Below, in pieces: positions 37,869 through 48,941 of a stretch of DNA of 64,000 nt. Under the pieces are notes generated by a model. That model saw nothing but the letters and a program-made list of their open reading frames with translations, did not search any database and was not told where the DNA came from. Numbering within the stretch: position 1 is the first letter of the stretch; each line of letters opens with the position of its first letter. The position numbers and the translations under genes are program-made. This DNA is from Candidatus Spyradenecus sp. (GTDB lineage: Bacteria; Verrucomicrobiota; Verrucomicrobiia; Opitutales; UBA953): contig JAZSKX010000007.1 of assembly GCA_045535075.1 (NCBI GenBank), positions 128,001 to 192,000 on the forward strand. Reading direction: 5' to 3'.

Positions 37869-38954
37869 TTAAAAAACGCGTTGGGCGCGCTGGCGTAAAA
37901 GATGGTCGGCGAGGACGAGTGCCGCCATGGCTTCGACGACGGAAACGGCGCGCGGGAGCACGCAGGGATCGTGGCGACCGTGCCCGATGACTTCACAGGG
38001 CGTTCCCGAGGCGTCAACGCTCGCTTGTTTCTTGGCGATAGTCGGCGTCGGTTTGAACGCGACGCGGAAGTTGATTTCCTCGCCGTTGGAAATCCCGCCT
38101 TGGACGCCGCCGGAGCGGTTGGTCGCGGTGCGGATTTTTCCTTCGCGCATTTCAAATGCGTCGTTGTGTTCGGAGCCGCAGAGGCGCGTTCCCGCGAAAC
38201 CGCTTCCGATTTCAAAGCCTTTGGTGGCGGGAATGCAAAGCATGGCTTTGGCGAGATCGGCTTCGAGGCGGTCAAAAACCGGTTCGCCCAAGCCGGCGGG
38301 AACGCCGCGAATTTTGCAGCGAATTGTTCCGCCGACGGAATCTCCGTCCGCGCGTGCCGTTTTGATGCGCGTTTCCATTTTTTCCGCGATTTCGGCGTGC
38401 GGGCAGCGCACGGGAACGCGTTCGATTTCACTTTGCGGGAAAAATGTTTCGCTCGGCGGCATTGCAATTTCGGCGACGCTTTCGACGTAGCAGGAAAATT
38501 CGATTTCGGGGCAGAGCGCGGCAAGAAGTTTTTTCGCAATTGCGCCGGCGGCAACGCGTCCGACGGTTTCGCGGGCGGAGGCGCGCCCGCCGCCTTCCGG
38601 ATTTCGGAAACCGTATTTGGCGATGTAGGTAAAATCGGCGTGCGAGGGGCGGAATTGGTCGCGCAGTTTGTCGTAAGCCTGCGGGCGGTGGTCGGTGTTG
38701 CGCACGAGCAGGGCGATCGGCGTTCCCGTGGTTTGCCCCTGATAGACGCCGGAGAGGATTTCGACGCGGTCTCCTTCTTTACGCGGAGTGGAAAGGGCGC
38801 TTTGTCCGGGGCGGCGGCGGTCGAGCTCGCACTGAATTTCTTCGGCGGAAATCGGCAGTTGCGACGGGCATCCGTCAATGACGACGCCGATGCCTGCTCC
38901 GTGGCTTTCGCCGAATGTTGAGATTTGAAAAAGTTTGCCGAAGATACTGCCCAT
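37869..38954 (-). CDS. aroC: Chorismate synthase
   Basis: [42 protein letters not shown]. Confidence 0.97.
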   Translation of the reverse strand: MGSIFGKLFQISTFGESHGAGIGVVIDGCPSQLPISAEEIQCELDRRRPGQSALSTPRKEGDRVEILSGVYQGQTTGTPIALLVRNTDHRPQAYDKLRDQFRPSHADFTYIAKYGFRNPEGGGRASARETVGRVAAGAIAKKLLAALCPEIEFSCYVESVAEIAMPPSETFFPQSEIERVPVRCPHAEIAEKMETRIKTARADGDSVGGTIRCKIRGVPAGLGEPVFDRLEADLAKAMLCIPATKGFEIGSGFAGTRLCGSEHNDAFEMREGKIRTATNRSGGVQGGISNGEEINFRVAFKPTPTIAKKQASVDASGTPCEVIGHGRHDPCVLPRAVSVVEAMAALVLADHLLRQRAQRVF

Positions 38955-39143
38955 AATATTTGTCAGAATCTAATCCCAATCGCGTTCCCGCCGCAACGGC
39001 GAAGTTTTCGGTGAAATTGAATGTTTAAAATATTTCGGCGCTTGTGCTTTGCTTTGCGTTTGCAAGTTTACAGCGAAAATGAGAGACTTCCGGTCGGCTT
39101 CCTATTTTTAGAAGCAAACCCTATAAAACGACATATAAACTTT

Positions 39144-42100
39144 ATGAATAAAAATATCCTTGCTCTTATTTTTTCCGGATTAGCGCTTTCCTGTTTCGGC
39201 GCTATGCCGCAACTGGAAGGTTTTCGCTACGGGAACGATTCGGCACCGACCGGGAACGAGTGGGATCCTGCGCGCGACGTAAATTGCGTTAAGAATCTTG
39301 CACTCAATAAGGAAATGCCGCGTGCGACATTTACTTCTTTTGCCGATGCGGAATCCGCAAGAAAAGTGCTTCCGGAATATTCCCGCTATTGGAAATCACT
39401 CAACGGCAAATGGAAATTTCACTGGTGTAAGACTCCGGAAGAGCGTCCGAAAGACTTTTTTAAACCGGATTTTGATGCGTCTTCGTGGGATACGATTCCC
39501 GTGCCGTCGAATTGGAATGTTGCCGGAATTCAAAAAGACGGTTCGCTCAAGTACGGATTGCCGATGTATGTGAATCAGCCCGTGATTTTTGAGCACAAAG
39601 TTGCCGTCGGCGACTGGAAGCTCGGTGTCATGCGCGAACCGGCAAACAAGCAGCGGACGACTTATGTCTACCGCAATGAAGTCGGTTCGTACCTGCGTGA
39701 CTTTGAGGTTCCCGCCGATTGGGACGGGCGCGAGATTTTCCTTAATTTCGACGGAGTTGATTCATTTTTCTATGTTTGGGTCAACGGAAAATATGTCGGA
39801 TTTTCGAAAAATTCCCGCGATCCCGCGTGCTTTGATATTTCCGAATTTGTGAAACCGGGCGAAAAGGCGACGGTTGCCGTTGAGGTTTATCGCAACTCCG
39901 ACGGGTCGTTCCTTGAGGCGCAGGACATGTATCGTCTCCCCGGAATTTTCCGCACCGTTTCGATTTATTCCACCCCCAAAGTTCACATCCGCGATTTAAT
40001 CGCAATTCCGCAGCGAGATAAACTTAACGTAACTACGGACGTGCGCAATTTCGGCATCGGCGTTGAAGGTTGCGAGATCGTTTACTCGCTTTATCCTCAA
40101 AAAGAGCTTTATTCCGATGAATATTCCGACGTTCCGGCGGCGACGGCGACGGCTTCCGTTCCCGCGCTGAAGAGCAGGGAAAACCTTGAGCTCCCGAAAA
40201 CGGTTCTTTCCGTTCCCGAGCCGAAGCGTTGGTCTGCCGAAGAACCGAATTTGTATTTGCTTGTTGCCGAGCTGAAACGGAACGGAGAAACGCTCGAAGC
40301 GGTTTCCGCGCAGGTCGGCTTTTGTGAGGTCGAAATTCGAGACAATCAGATCGACGAATTCGGCAAAAAGGGTCGCTATCTTTACGTGAACGGCAAAACC
40401 GTCAAGCTCAAGGGTGTCAACCGCCACGAATCACATCCGGAACGCGGGCACGCGATTACGCGCGAGGACATGGAAGAGGAAGTGATGCTCATGAAGCGCG
40501 GGAACATCAATCACGTCCGCAATTCGCATTATCCGACGGATCCGTATTTTTATTTTCTCTGCAATAAATACGGGATTTACCTCGAAGACGAAGCGAATAT
40601 CGAATCGCACCAGTATTATTACGGCGATGCCTCGCTTTCGCACCCGATTGAATGGCGCCCGGCGCACGTTGCCCGTGTTATGGAAATGGCGCATCGCAAC
40701 GTCAATCAGCCGTCTATCGTGATTTGGTCGCTCGGGAACGAAGCCGGTCCCGGAGACAATTTTAAGGCGGCATATCAGGAATTGAAAAAATTCGATGCCT
40801 CGCGTCCGGTTCAATACGAACGCAACAACAACATCGTGGATATGGGCTCAAACCAATATCCGTCGGTCGGTTGGGTGAATTACGCCGCGCAGGGTAATTG
40901 CAAACAGCCGTTCCATATTTCGGAATATGCGCACTCTATGGGCAATGCGATGGGCAATCTCAAGGATTATTGGGATGCGATCGAGTCGTCCAATTACATT
41001 TGCGGCGGTGCAATTTGGGATTGGGTTGACCAAGCTCTTTACCGCTATGATCCGGAAGCCGGAAAGCGCGGCTTGGTTTACGGCGGACAATTCGGCGAAT
41101 TCCCGAACGACCGTGACTTTGTTTGCAACGGTGTCATTTTTGCCGACCGCACGCTTAAGCCGCAATACTACGAAGTTAAAAAGGTTTACCAAAATATCGG
41201 TGTGAATCCCGTTGCCGGTGAACCTTCGAAAATCGAGGTATTTAACAAATATTATTTCAAAAATCTCGACGGATACACGCTCAAGTGGACGCTTCTCGAA
41301 GACGGAAAACCGCTTCAGTCGGGTGTCGTTCCCGCGGAATTGCTTGCCGGTATCGCGCCGCGCGCGAAACGGATTATTGATATTCCGGTCGATGTTAAAA
41401 ATCTGAAGCCCGAGTCCGAATATTTTCTCAATGTCGGATTCTGCCTTGCAGAAGATGCGCCTTGGGCGGAAAAAGATTACGTTCAGGCGGACGAGCAATT
41501 GCCCGTTAAGGCGGCGGGAACGTACCCGAGCATCGCAGATGTCGCGAAGGGCGAACGCGTTGAACTGAGCCAAACTCCGAGCGGAGATGCGGAAATTCGC
41601 GGGAACGGCTTTGTCGTTAAATTCTCCGGGGCAACGGGAACGATTGAGTCGTTGCAATACAGCGACGATGTCGTAATCGCCGACGGGAACGGTCCGAAAA
41701 TCAACGCCTATCGCGTGCCGGTCAGCAACGACAACGTGCCGCGCGGACGTTGGTCTCGAGCAGGGCTTGCGGATTTGAAGCAGAGCGTGGCGGGAACGCC
41801 GTCGATTTCTCAAGACGAAAAAACGGGCGTCTGCACGCTTTCTTATCCGGTTGTCGCTGAAGGGCAAAACGGATTCCGCTTCAATGCTCACCAGATTTGG
41901 ACGGTTTATCCGGACGGCTCGATTGAGTTGCAGTCCATGATTTTCTGCTCCGAAAGCAAGTTTGATTTGCCTCGCCTCGGCTATGAAATCGGCGTAGACG
42001 AAAATCTTGATACTTTCGCGTACTACGGTCGCGGACCGATTGAAAATTACGCCGACCGCAAATCCGGTTCTTTCGTGGGGTGCTATCAGAGCAATGTTGC

Positions 42101-43103
42101 CGACAATCTTGTCGATTACATTCGCCCGCAGGAAATGGGAAATCGCGAAGACGTGCGTTGGTGCGCGCTTCTGAACAAGGAAGAAAAGAGCGGCGTCGCG
42201 TTCATCGCGACAGAGCGCTTCTGCGCTTCGGCACTTCCGATTTCTCAAGCTCAAATCGAAGCGGCGTCGAATGCGTACAAACTCGATGCGCTCGCCGAAG
42301 ACTCGGAGAAAACAACGTTGTTGTTGAGCTCGGCGGTGCGCGGATTAGGCGGAGCCTCCTGCGGTCCGGATACGCTTGATCGCGACAAGGTTTTCGCGGT
42401 TCCGACGAGCTTCGGATTCATCATCCGCCCGCTTAAGTCCGGCGCGATTTCCGAACAAGTGCGCGTCGCCCCTGCAGGCGCAACGCCGCTTGCGATTGAT
42501 CGCGATCTCGCGGGTGTCGTTACGATTTCTGCTCAGGATCCGAAGGCGGAAATTTATTACTCCGTTGACGGTGGTGCCGCGCAAAAGTACGCGGGAACGA
42601 TCCCGTTCCGCAACGGCGGAAAAATTGCCGCTTGGCATGCGGATCGCCCGGACTTGAAAACCGAAATGGATTTGCCTCGCCTCGAAAAAGTCAGTCTTGC
42701 AATCGCTTTCTGTAGCAATCAGGAAGGCAGCGAACCGGCAGAAAATCTTGTTGATAATGATCCGTCCACGATTTGGCATACGGCTTACAGTGTAACCGTC
42801 GCGCCCTATCCGCATTGGGTTGATTTTGATACGGGAGAACTCAAAACAATCAAAGGTGTTTCCTACCTCCCGCGTTCCGGCGGCGACAACGGCGACATCA
42901 GAGATTACGAAATTTTTGTCAGCACCGACGGCAAGAATTGGGGCGATCCGGTTGCAAAAGGTGCGTTCCCGCGCACGAAAGAAGAAAAGAAAGTTCTTTT
43001 CCCGAAACCGGTGAAGGCGCGCTATGTTCGCTTCCGCGCATTGTCCTCGCAAAACGGTCAGGACTTTGCTGGCGGCGCCGAATTCGGCGTACTCGGTGAG
43101 TAG
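39144..43103 (+). CDS. Exported GH2 beta-galactosidase with C-terminal F5/8 type C (CBM32-like) domain
   Basis: Signal peptide, KGVNRHE, RNSHYP, WSLGNE, SEYAHSMGN, WDWVDQ, Bgal small-chain region, D.DPST.WHT. Confidence 0.92.
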   Translation: MNKNILALIFSGLALSCFGAMPQLEGFRYGNDSAPTGNEWDPARDVNCVKNLALNKEMPRATFTSFADAESARKVLPEYSRYWKSLNGKWKFHWCKTPEERPKDFFKPDFDASSWDTIPVPSNWNVAGIQKDGSLKYGLPMYVNQPVIFEHKVAVGDWKLGVMREPANKQRTTYVYRNEVGSYLRDFEVPADWDGREIFLNFDGVDSFFYVWVNGKYVGFSKNSRDPACFDISEFVKPGEKATVAVEVYRNSDGSFLEAQDMYRLPGIFRTVSIYSTPKVHIRDLIAIPQRDKLNVTTDVRNFGIGVEGCEIVYSLYPQKELYSDEYSDVPAATATASVPALKSRENLELPKTVLSVPEPKRWSAEEPNLYLLVAELKRNGETLEAVSAQVGFCEVEIRDNQIDEFGKKGRYLYVNGKTVKLKGVNRHESHPERGHAITREDMEEEVMLMKRGNINHVRNSHYPTDPYFYFLCNKYGIYLEDEANIESHQYYYGDASLSHPIEWRPAHVARVMEMAHRNVNQPSIVIWSLGNEAGPGDNFKAAYQELKKFDASRPVQYERNNNIVDMGSNQYPSVGWVNYAAQGNCKQPFHISEYAHSMGNAMGNLKDYWDAIESSNYICGGAIWDWVDQALYRYDPEAGKRGLVYGGQFGEFPNDRDFVCNGVIFADRTLKPQYYEVKKVYQNIGVNPVAGEPSKIEVFNKYYFKNLDGYTLKWTLLEDGKPLQSGVVPAELLAGIAPRAKRIIDIPVDVKNLKPESEYFLNVGFCLAEDAPWAEKDYVQADEQLPVKAAGTYPSIADVAKGERVELSQTPSGDAEIRGNGFVVKFSGATGTIESLQYSDDVVIADGNGPKINAYRVPVSNDNVPRGRWSRAGLADLKQSVAGTPSISQDEKTGVCTLSYPVVAEGQNGFRFNAHQIWTVYPDGSIELQSMIFCSESKFDLPRLGYEIGVDENLDTFAYYGRGPIENYADRKSGSFVGCYQSNVADNLVDYIRPQEMGNREDVRWCALLNKEEKSGVAFIATERFCASALPISQAQIEAASNAYKLDALAEDSEKTTLLLSSAVRGLGGASCGPDTLDRDKVFAVPTSFGFIIRPLKSGAISEQVRVAPAGATPLAIDRDLAGVVTISAQDPKAEIYYSVDGGAAQKYAGTIPFRNGGKIAAWHADRPDLKTEMDLPRLEKVSLAIAFCSNQEGSEPAENLVDNDPSTIWHTAYSVTVAPYPHWVDFDTGELKTIKGVSYLPRSGGDNGDIRDYEIFVSTDGKNWGDPVAKGAFPRTKEEKKVLFPKPVKARYVRFRALSSQNGQDFAGGAEFGVLGE

Positions 43104-43125
43104 AGAAGAGCCCGGCTTCGAATTG

Positions 43126-43159
43126 ACGCGTTCCCGTGTTTGCGGGAACGCGTTTTTTT
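43126..43159 (+). terminator. GH2 gene terminator built from a motif pair
   Basis: ACGCGTTCCCGT-gttt-GCGGGAACGCGT followed by a T-run. Confidence 0.88.
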
Positions 43160-43208
43160 ATCCGAAAATCAATTAGACTTTTGTGTTTGGCTTTGCTTTG
43201 TTTCGTTT

Positions 43209-43586
43209 ATGGAAAATTTAAAATCGACGACGCGGAACAATCGTGAAGAAAATTCTTTGAAATTCGTACGAAAAAAAGCGAAGCCTTTTACCGAAAACGG
43301 GGGCTCATATTATCGTTGTCTGAACAGATGGAGCTTACGCATCGCTCTCCTTTCGACGATTCTGGCGGCGTTTTCCCATTTTTGTTTCGCCTGGGATATT
43401 GCCTTGTTTTTTTGTTATCTCGCTGCCGCCGGGATTGTGTTTACTCTTACCGCTTCTGTCTTTGAGGTCTTGTTCGGAAGGGAAAAGGGAAAAGCCGTGT
43501 CTTACATTTTAGTTTCGCTCGGACTCGCATGTCTCTGTTTCGGAACTTACGGATGCTACGAATTGGAAAAAGCATTAACGTTTTAA
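43209..43586 (+). CDS. Hypothetical membrane protein
   Basis: About three hydrophobic segments; fills the gap between the terminator and nifJ. Confidence 0.5.
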   Translation: MENLKSTTRNNREENSLKFVRKKAKPFTENGGSYYRCLNRWSLRIALLSTILAAFSHFCFAWDIALFFCYLAAAGIVFTLTASVFEVLFGREKGKAVSYILVSLGLACLCFGTYGCYELEKALTF

Positions 43587-43661
43587 TAGGTGACGAAGAC
43601 GCGGTTTTCCGTTTCTTTTTCGTTGAATTCATGCCGACGGAAGCGCAAAATCGTTGCAGTT

Positions 43662-46600
43662 ATGGCAAAATCAACATCTAAGTTCAAAACGATGGATGCT
43701 AACGAAGCCGTTGCATCCGTTGCTTACAGACTCAACGAAGTCATCGCGATTTATCCGATTACGCCATCTTCCCCGATGGCGGAATCCTGTGACGAGTGGT
43801 CGGCGAAAAAAATGCCGAACCTTTGGAATAATATTCCCTGTATCGAGCAACTCCAATCCGAAGCCGGGGTCGCGGGAGCGGTTCACGGTTCGTTGCTTGC
43901 CGGAGCGTTGACGACGACTTTCACTGCATCGCAAGGGCTTCTGCTCATGATCCCGAATATGTACAAAATTGCGGGCGAGCTGATTCCTTTTACAATGCAC
44001 GTTACGGCGCGCGCCATCGCGACGAACGCTCTTTCGATTTTCGGCGATCACTCCGACGTAATGGCCTGCCGAGCAACCGGCTTTGCCATGCTCAATTCCA
44101 CGTCCGGACAGGAAGCGCAAGACCTCGCACTTATCGCGCATGCAGCTTCGCTTAAGTCGCGCGTGCCGTTTATGCACTTCTTCGACGGCTTCCGCACCTC
44201 GCACGAAGTTTCCAAAATTCAAACGCTTTCGGACGACGAAATCCGCGCCGTTATCGACGAAGCCGACATTGCCGATTTCCGTTCCCGCGCCATGTCGCCG
44301 GATCGCCCGAATGTTCACGGAACGGCGCAGAATCCGGATGTCTATTTCCAAGGGCGCGAATCCGTTAACAAATACTACAATGCGCTCCCGCAAATTGTTC
44401 AGGATACGATGGACAAGTTTGCTGCGGCGACTGGGCGCCAATACCACCTCTTCGATTACTACGGAGCACCGGATGCCGATCGCGTTATTGTCTCCATGGG
44501 CTCGTCTTGCGAAACGATCGAAGAAACCATCGACGCGCTCAATGCGCAGGGTGCGAAGCTCGGCCTTGTCAAAGTCCGCCTCTTCCTGCCGTTTGATGCG
44601 GACGCATTTCTCAAGACCGTTCCCGCAACGGCAAAGAGCATTGCCGTTCTCGACCGCACGAAAGAGCCGGGATCGCTTGGCGAACCGCTTCTGCTCAATG
44701 TCTTCACGGCTTACGCGGAATCCGGAAAGGCGATGCCGTCCATCATCGGCGGCCGTTACGGAATCGGTTCGAAAGAATTCAACCCGGGTATGGTCAAGGC
44801 AATTTATGACGAGCTCGCCAAAGATGCTCCGAAAAAACGCTTCACCATCGGTATTTACGACGATTTGACAAATACTTCGCTCGAATGGGATAACGCATTC
44901 GATATCGAAGCGGACGACGTTAAGCGTGCTGTCTTCGTCGGTCTCGGCGCAGACGGAACGGTCGGTGCGAACAAAAACTCCATCAAAATTATCGGCGAAC
45001 AAACCCCGAATTTTGCTCAAGGCTACTTCGTTTACGACTCCAAGAAATCCGGAGCCTCGACGGTTTCTCACCTGCGTTTCGGTCCGAAACCGATTCGCTC
45101 GGCTTATCTTATCCAAAAGGCGGGATTTGTCGCTTGCTCGCAATACGTTTTCATCGGGCGCCAACCGATTCTCGAATACGCAATGCCGGGCGCAACGATT
45201 CTTCTGAATTCGCCGTTCTCCCCGGAAGAAACATGGAAGCGTTTCTCTAAGGAATGGCAGTCGGAAATTATCGAAAAGAAACTCCGTGTTTTTGTCATCG
45301 ACGCTTCTAAGGTTGCCGCCGATTCCGGCATGAAAGGACGCACGAACACCGTTATGCAGGCCTGCTTCTTTGCCCTTGCAAACGTTCTGCCGAAGGAAGA
45401 AGCCATCGAACAAATTAAGAAATCCATTCAGAAAACCTACGCGAAGAAGGGCGACGAAGTCGTTCAAATGAACTTCAAGGCGGTCGATAATTCGCTTGCA
45501 AATCTGCACGAAATTAGCGTTCCCGCGACGATTGAAGCCGACGCGCTCCCGCAGGCAATTCCGCAATACGAAGGCGCTCCGGAATTCTTCAAGCGCGTTC
45601 AGGCGATGATGATTGCCAATAAGGGCGACCTTATTCCGACCAGCGCCATGCCGGTGGACGGAACGTTCCCGTCGGCAACGACGCGCTTTGAAAAACGCGA
45701 TCTCGCCGACCAAATTCCTGTTTGGAATCCGGAACTTTGTATCCAGTGTAACAAGTGCGTGACGATTTGTCCGCACGCTGCCATCCGCGCTAAGTTTTAT
45801 CCGGAAGCCCTTAAGTCTGACGCTCCCGCTACGTTCAAGGGCGTGCCCTTCAAGGCAAAAGACTTCCCGGGAACGCTCTTCACGATTCAGGTCGCGCCGG
45901 AAGATTGCACCGGTTGCACGATTTGTACGCATGTTTGCCCGGGTAAGGACAAAAACGACCCGACCCGCAAGGCGCTCATGATGGCTCCGCAGCCGCCGCT
46001 GCGCGAAGCCGAAGCCAAGAACTGGGACTTCTTCCTCAATCTCCCGGATCCGGATCGCACCAAGCTCGGCAACACCATTCGCGATTCGCAGTTCATGACA
46101 CCGCTTATCGAGTTCTCCGGTGCTTGCGCCGCTTGCGGTGAAACCCCGTATATCAAGCTCATGACGCAACTTTTCGGCGATCGCACTTACATCGCGAACG
46201 CTACGGGTTGCTCTTCGATTTACGGCGGAAACTTACCGACGACTCCGTATTGCACCAATAAGGACGGACGCGGACCGGCTTGGGCAAACTCTCTCTTCGA
46301 AGACAACGCCGAATTCGGTCTCGGGATGCGCTACGCAATCGACAAGAAAACCGAAATCGCGCGTCAGGCTCTCAGCGAAGCTGCGGGAACGGTCGGCGAA
46401 GAATTCGCGAAGTCGATTCTTGAAGCTCCGCAATCCACCGAAGCGGATATTGCCGCACAGCGCGAACGTATCGCTGAGCTCTGCAAAAAGCTCGAAGCCG
46501 CGGGAACGCCGGAAGCCAAGAGCCTCATCGCTCTCTCCGAATTCCTCGTTAAGAAGAACGTTTGGATTGTCGGCGGCGACGGTTGGGCTTATGACATCGG

Positions 46601-47222
46601 CTACGGAGGACTTGACCACGCGATTGCTTCCGGCAAAAACATCAAGATTCTCGTCCTCGATACGGAAGTTTATTCCAACACCGGAGGACAGATGTCGAAG
46701 TCAACTTCAATCGGAGCGGTTGCAAAATTCGCTGCGGCAGGCAAGAAACTCCCGAAGAAGGATCTTGCGCAAATTGCCGTCCAGTACGGACACGTTTACG
46801 TGGCGCGCGTTGCGCTCGGCTACAAGGATACGCAAGTGCTCCAAGCCATGAAAGAAGCCGAAGCCTACGACGGACCGGCGATCATCATTGCTTACGCGCA
46901 CTGTATCGCGCACGGTTACCGCAATCTCGCAGACGGCGCGGCTCACCAGAAACTGGCGGTTGAATCCGGCTACTGGCCGATCTTCCGTTACAATCCGGCA
47001 AATATCGCGCTCGGGAAGAATCCGTTCTCTCTCGACACGCCGGCGCCGAAAGCACAAGTTCAGGACTTCATGAATTCGGAAACCCGCTTCAAAGGTCTGC
47101 AACGTTCCAATCCGGAACACGCGGCAGAACTCTACGCAAAGGCGCAGGAAGTCGTTTCCACCCGATTCCACTACTATCAGGAATCGAAGAAGGCCTACGA
47201 ACCGGCTCCGAAAGCGGAATAA
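43662..47222 (+). CDS. nifJ: Pyruvate:ferredoxin (flavodoxin) oxidoreductase
   Basis: YPITPSS, FTASQGLLLM, YDSKKSG, two CxxCxxCxxxCP motifs, GACAACGET, GGDGWAYDIG, EVYSNTGGQ. Confidence 0.97.
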   Translation: MAKSTSKFKTMDANEAVASVAYRLNEVIAIYPITPSSPMAESCDEWSAKKMPNLWNNIPCIEQLQSEAGVAGAVHGSLLAGALTTTFTASQGLLLMIPNMYKIAGELIPFTMHVTARAIATNALSIFGDHSDVMACRATGFAMLNSTSGQEAQDLALIAHAASLKSRVPFMHFFDGFRTSHEVSKIQTLSDDEIRAVIDEADIADFRSRAMSPDRPNVHGTAQNPDVYFQGRESVNKYYNALPQIVQDTMDKFAAATGRQYHLFDYYGAPDADRVIVSMGSSCETIEETIDALNAQGAKLGLVKVRLFLPFDADAFLKTVPATAKSIAVLDRTKEPGSLGEPLLLNVFTAYAESGKAMPSIIGGRYGIGSKEFNPGMVKAIYDELAKDAPKKRFTIGIYDDLTNTSLEWDNAFDIEADDVKRAVFVGLGADGTVGANKNSIKIIGEQTPNFAQGYFVYDSKKSGASTVSHLRFGPKPIRSAYLIQKAGFVACSQYVFIGRQPILEYAMPGATILLNSPFSPEETWKRFSKEWQSEIIEKKLRVFVIDASKVAADSGMKGRTNTVMQACFFALANVLPKEEAIEQIKKSIQKTYAKKGDEVVQMNFKAVDNSLANLHEISVPATIEADALPQAIPQYEGAPEFFKRVQAMMIANKGDLIPTSAMPVDGTFPSATTRFEKRDLADQIPVWNPELCIQCNKCVTICPHAAIRAKFYPEALKSDAPATFKGVPFKAKDFPGTLFTIQVAPEDCTGCTICTHVCPGKDKNDPTRKALMMAPQPPLREAEAKNWDFFLNLPDPDRTKLGNTIRDSQFMTPLIEFSGACAACGETPYIKLMTQLFGDRTYIANATGCSSIYGGNLPTTPYCTNKDGRGPAWANSLFEDNAEFGLGMRYAIDKKTEIARQALSEAAGTVGEEFAKSILEAPQSTEADIAAQRERIAELCKKLEAAGTPEAKSLIALSEFLVKKNVWIVGGDGWAYDIGYGGLDHAIASGKNIKILVLDTEVYSNTGGQMSKSTSIGAVAKFAAAGKKLPKKDLAQIAVQYGHVYVARVALGYKDTQVLQAMKEAEAYDGPAIIIAYAHCIAHGYRNLADGAAHQKLAVESGYWPIFRYNPANIALGKNPFSLDTPAPKAQVQDFMNSETRFKGLQRSNPEHAAELYAKAQEVVSTRFHYYQESKKAYEPAPKAE

Positions 47223-47240
47223 TAATCCGCTTTTGACTCC

Positions 47241-47279
47241 AAAAAGCACGCGTTCCCGCAACGGAGCGCGTGCTTTTTT
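47241..47279. terminator. nifJ terminator with one full and one degenerate motif arm
   Basis: AAAAAGCACGCGTTCCCG-caa-CGGAGCGCGTGCTTTTT. Confidence 0.8.
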
Positions 47280-47324
47280 ATTGCTTCATCATCCCGCAGA
47301 TTTACAAATACGGGAACGATTTTT

Positions 47325-47585
47325 TCAATTCTTGGGCGGACGCCCGCGCCGGCGCGTTTTGTACGGCGTGGAATTGATGCATTTACTCAATTGAATGCTG
47401 ACTTCCGGTGTGTCCGGATGAAAAAATTCCCACAGCGCGATCCCGTAGGCGGCACAAATACGTTCAACTGTTTCAACGCGTAAATGCGAACGACGACCGG
47501 ACTCGATTTGTTGGTAAAACTTGTAATTCATTTCTGCATACTCAGCAAATTCCTCCTGCGAGATTTTAACTCGGAGGCGCAATTG
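47325..47585 (-). pseudogene. XRE-family HTH regulator, apparently 5'-truncated
   Basis: LR...KISQEEFAE....YQQIESG HTH; no in-frame ATG upstream before a stop at 47634-47636. Confidence 0.6.
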
Positions 47586-47595
47586 GAAGCCTGAT

Positions 47596-48762
47596 ATGGC
47601 GGCTGAGGAACGCGAGAAAGCGCAGATTAAGTTTTATATTTCCGATGAGAAAGTGGCGTTGCTTGATTCGCTGAACTACCATGCTCAGCAGGCAGAAAAA
47701 CTTGGCGGAAAAGATTTAATTCAGCTCGAAGAAGACATTAAGGAGTTTAACAAGGTAGTATCTACCCTTTCCAAGGAAGACTTGGACGAGGTGAAAGCGG
47801 CGTTGAAATCTCAAGACGGAGAGGTTGTAAGCGAGACGGGAACGTCGCAATCAGGCGTGCAAGGCGTAGAATCAGCCGATACGAAGTTTAAAGAATTTAC
47901 AGGTAGTCGCTACGACGAAAACGCAGAGATTAAAATTGTAAAAATCGAGAGTCCGTTGGGACGCGAAACACAGAAAGATACGGCTAAGATTAGGAATGAG
48001 ATTTTAAAGCCTCTCATTGGGCAAGAGGTTGAGGTTAGGTCTGACGGGCGAATCGTAGGAATAAGCAACGATGGTGTTCGTTCTTCTTTAAAGAAGCGGA
48101 ATCTTCATCGTATCGTCTTTACGTCTCTTAAAGAAGTTATTACTGGCAGTCATTATTTTGACTACGCAGAAAGCGACGGGAAAGAAAAGCACAAGAACGT
48201 GCTTGGGCAATTTACGTATATTGTTCCCGTCGAGATTGACGGAGAGGTTTACCGCTGTGAGATAAAGATTGACCGAACGAATATCAGTAATGTCGGTGAA
48301 GGAGCGTTTAAGCAACAAAGTGTATTTAAAATCGCTGACGTTGCCCTGTCCCGTGGACGAACCACGCAGGGTCGTTCGGAAGTGGGAGAAGCTTCCTCTA
48401 CAACGTCAGCTACGATGAACTTTGCTGATTTAATGGAGGGTCGCAAGCCGAATCGTCCGAGCGTGAGCTTCAAGGCGGATATTCGCTTTAGCTCATCTTC
48501 GGCACTTGCGCCCACGCAAGAGATGACGCGAGTAGAGAAGATGAACAGCTTGCTTTCCCGTATCACTAAGACAGCGGGGATAAAGATTGTCCGTGAGAGT
48601 TCGGAGCAGATTCGCAATAGCGCGGAAAATTCACAAGCGGGACGGTATAAAATCGAAAACGACCGCTTTAACGCCGAACTGGAAGCATTTAAGGCGGGAA
48701 CACACAAGGGAGTTCTTCATCTTGGCGTTCCCGGTGCGATTCTCCGTGCAAGAGCAGATTGA
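47596..48762 (+). pseudogene. Fragment of a phage-type large polyvalent protein (LPD3-like domain plus start of a MuF-C-like domain)
   Basis: VGISNDG...KEVI..S..FDYAE...KHKN...YIVPVEIDGE; ends at NDRFNAEL...LHLGVPGAIL; foreign-looking codon use (AGG, GTA, ATA, TTA); domain calls from memory. Confidence 0.55.
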
Positions 48763-48883
48763 CGAGCTTCCGCCGAATTGGAAGGTGAGATTTTTACTCA
48801 GGAAAAATCCGAAATCGAGCGGATTGCCACTCTTATGCTCGAATACGGAAACGCATCGTTCCCGCCGGAAGTTGAGCGTGAAT

Positions 48884-48924
48884 AAAAAAGCGTTCCCGCG
48901 AATTTTACGGGAACGCTCTTTTTT
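48884..48924. terminator. Bidirectional terminator built from a motif pair
   Basis: AAAAAAGCGTTCCCGCG-aatttt-ACGGGAACGCTCTTTTTT. Confidence 0.85.
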
Positions 48925-48941
48925 AAGCTCTAAGCTTTGAT

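Noticed and set aside
43671..46169. 832-aa minus-strand ORF, and similar long antisense ORFs over pntAA, pntB, tex, aroC and the GH2 gene
   Set aside because: Shadow ORFs produced by codon bias opposite well-supported genes.
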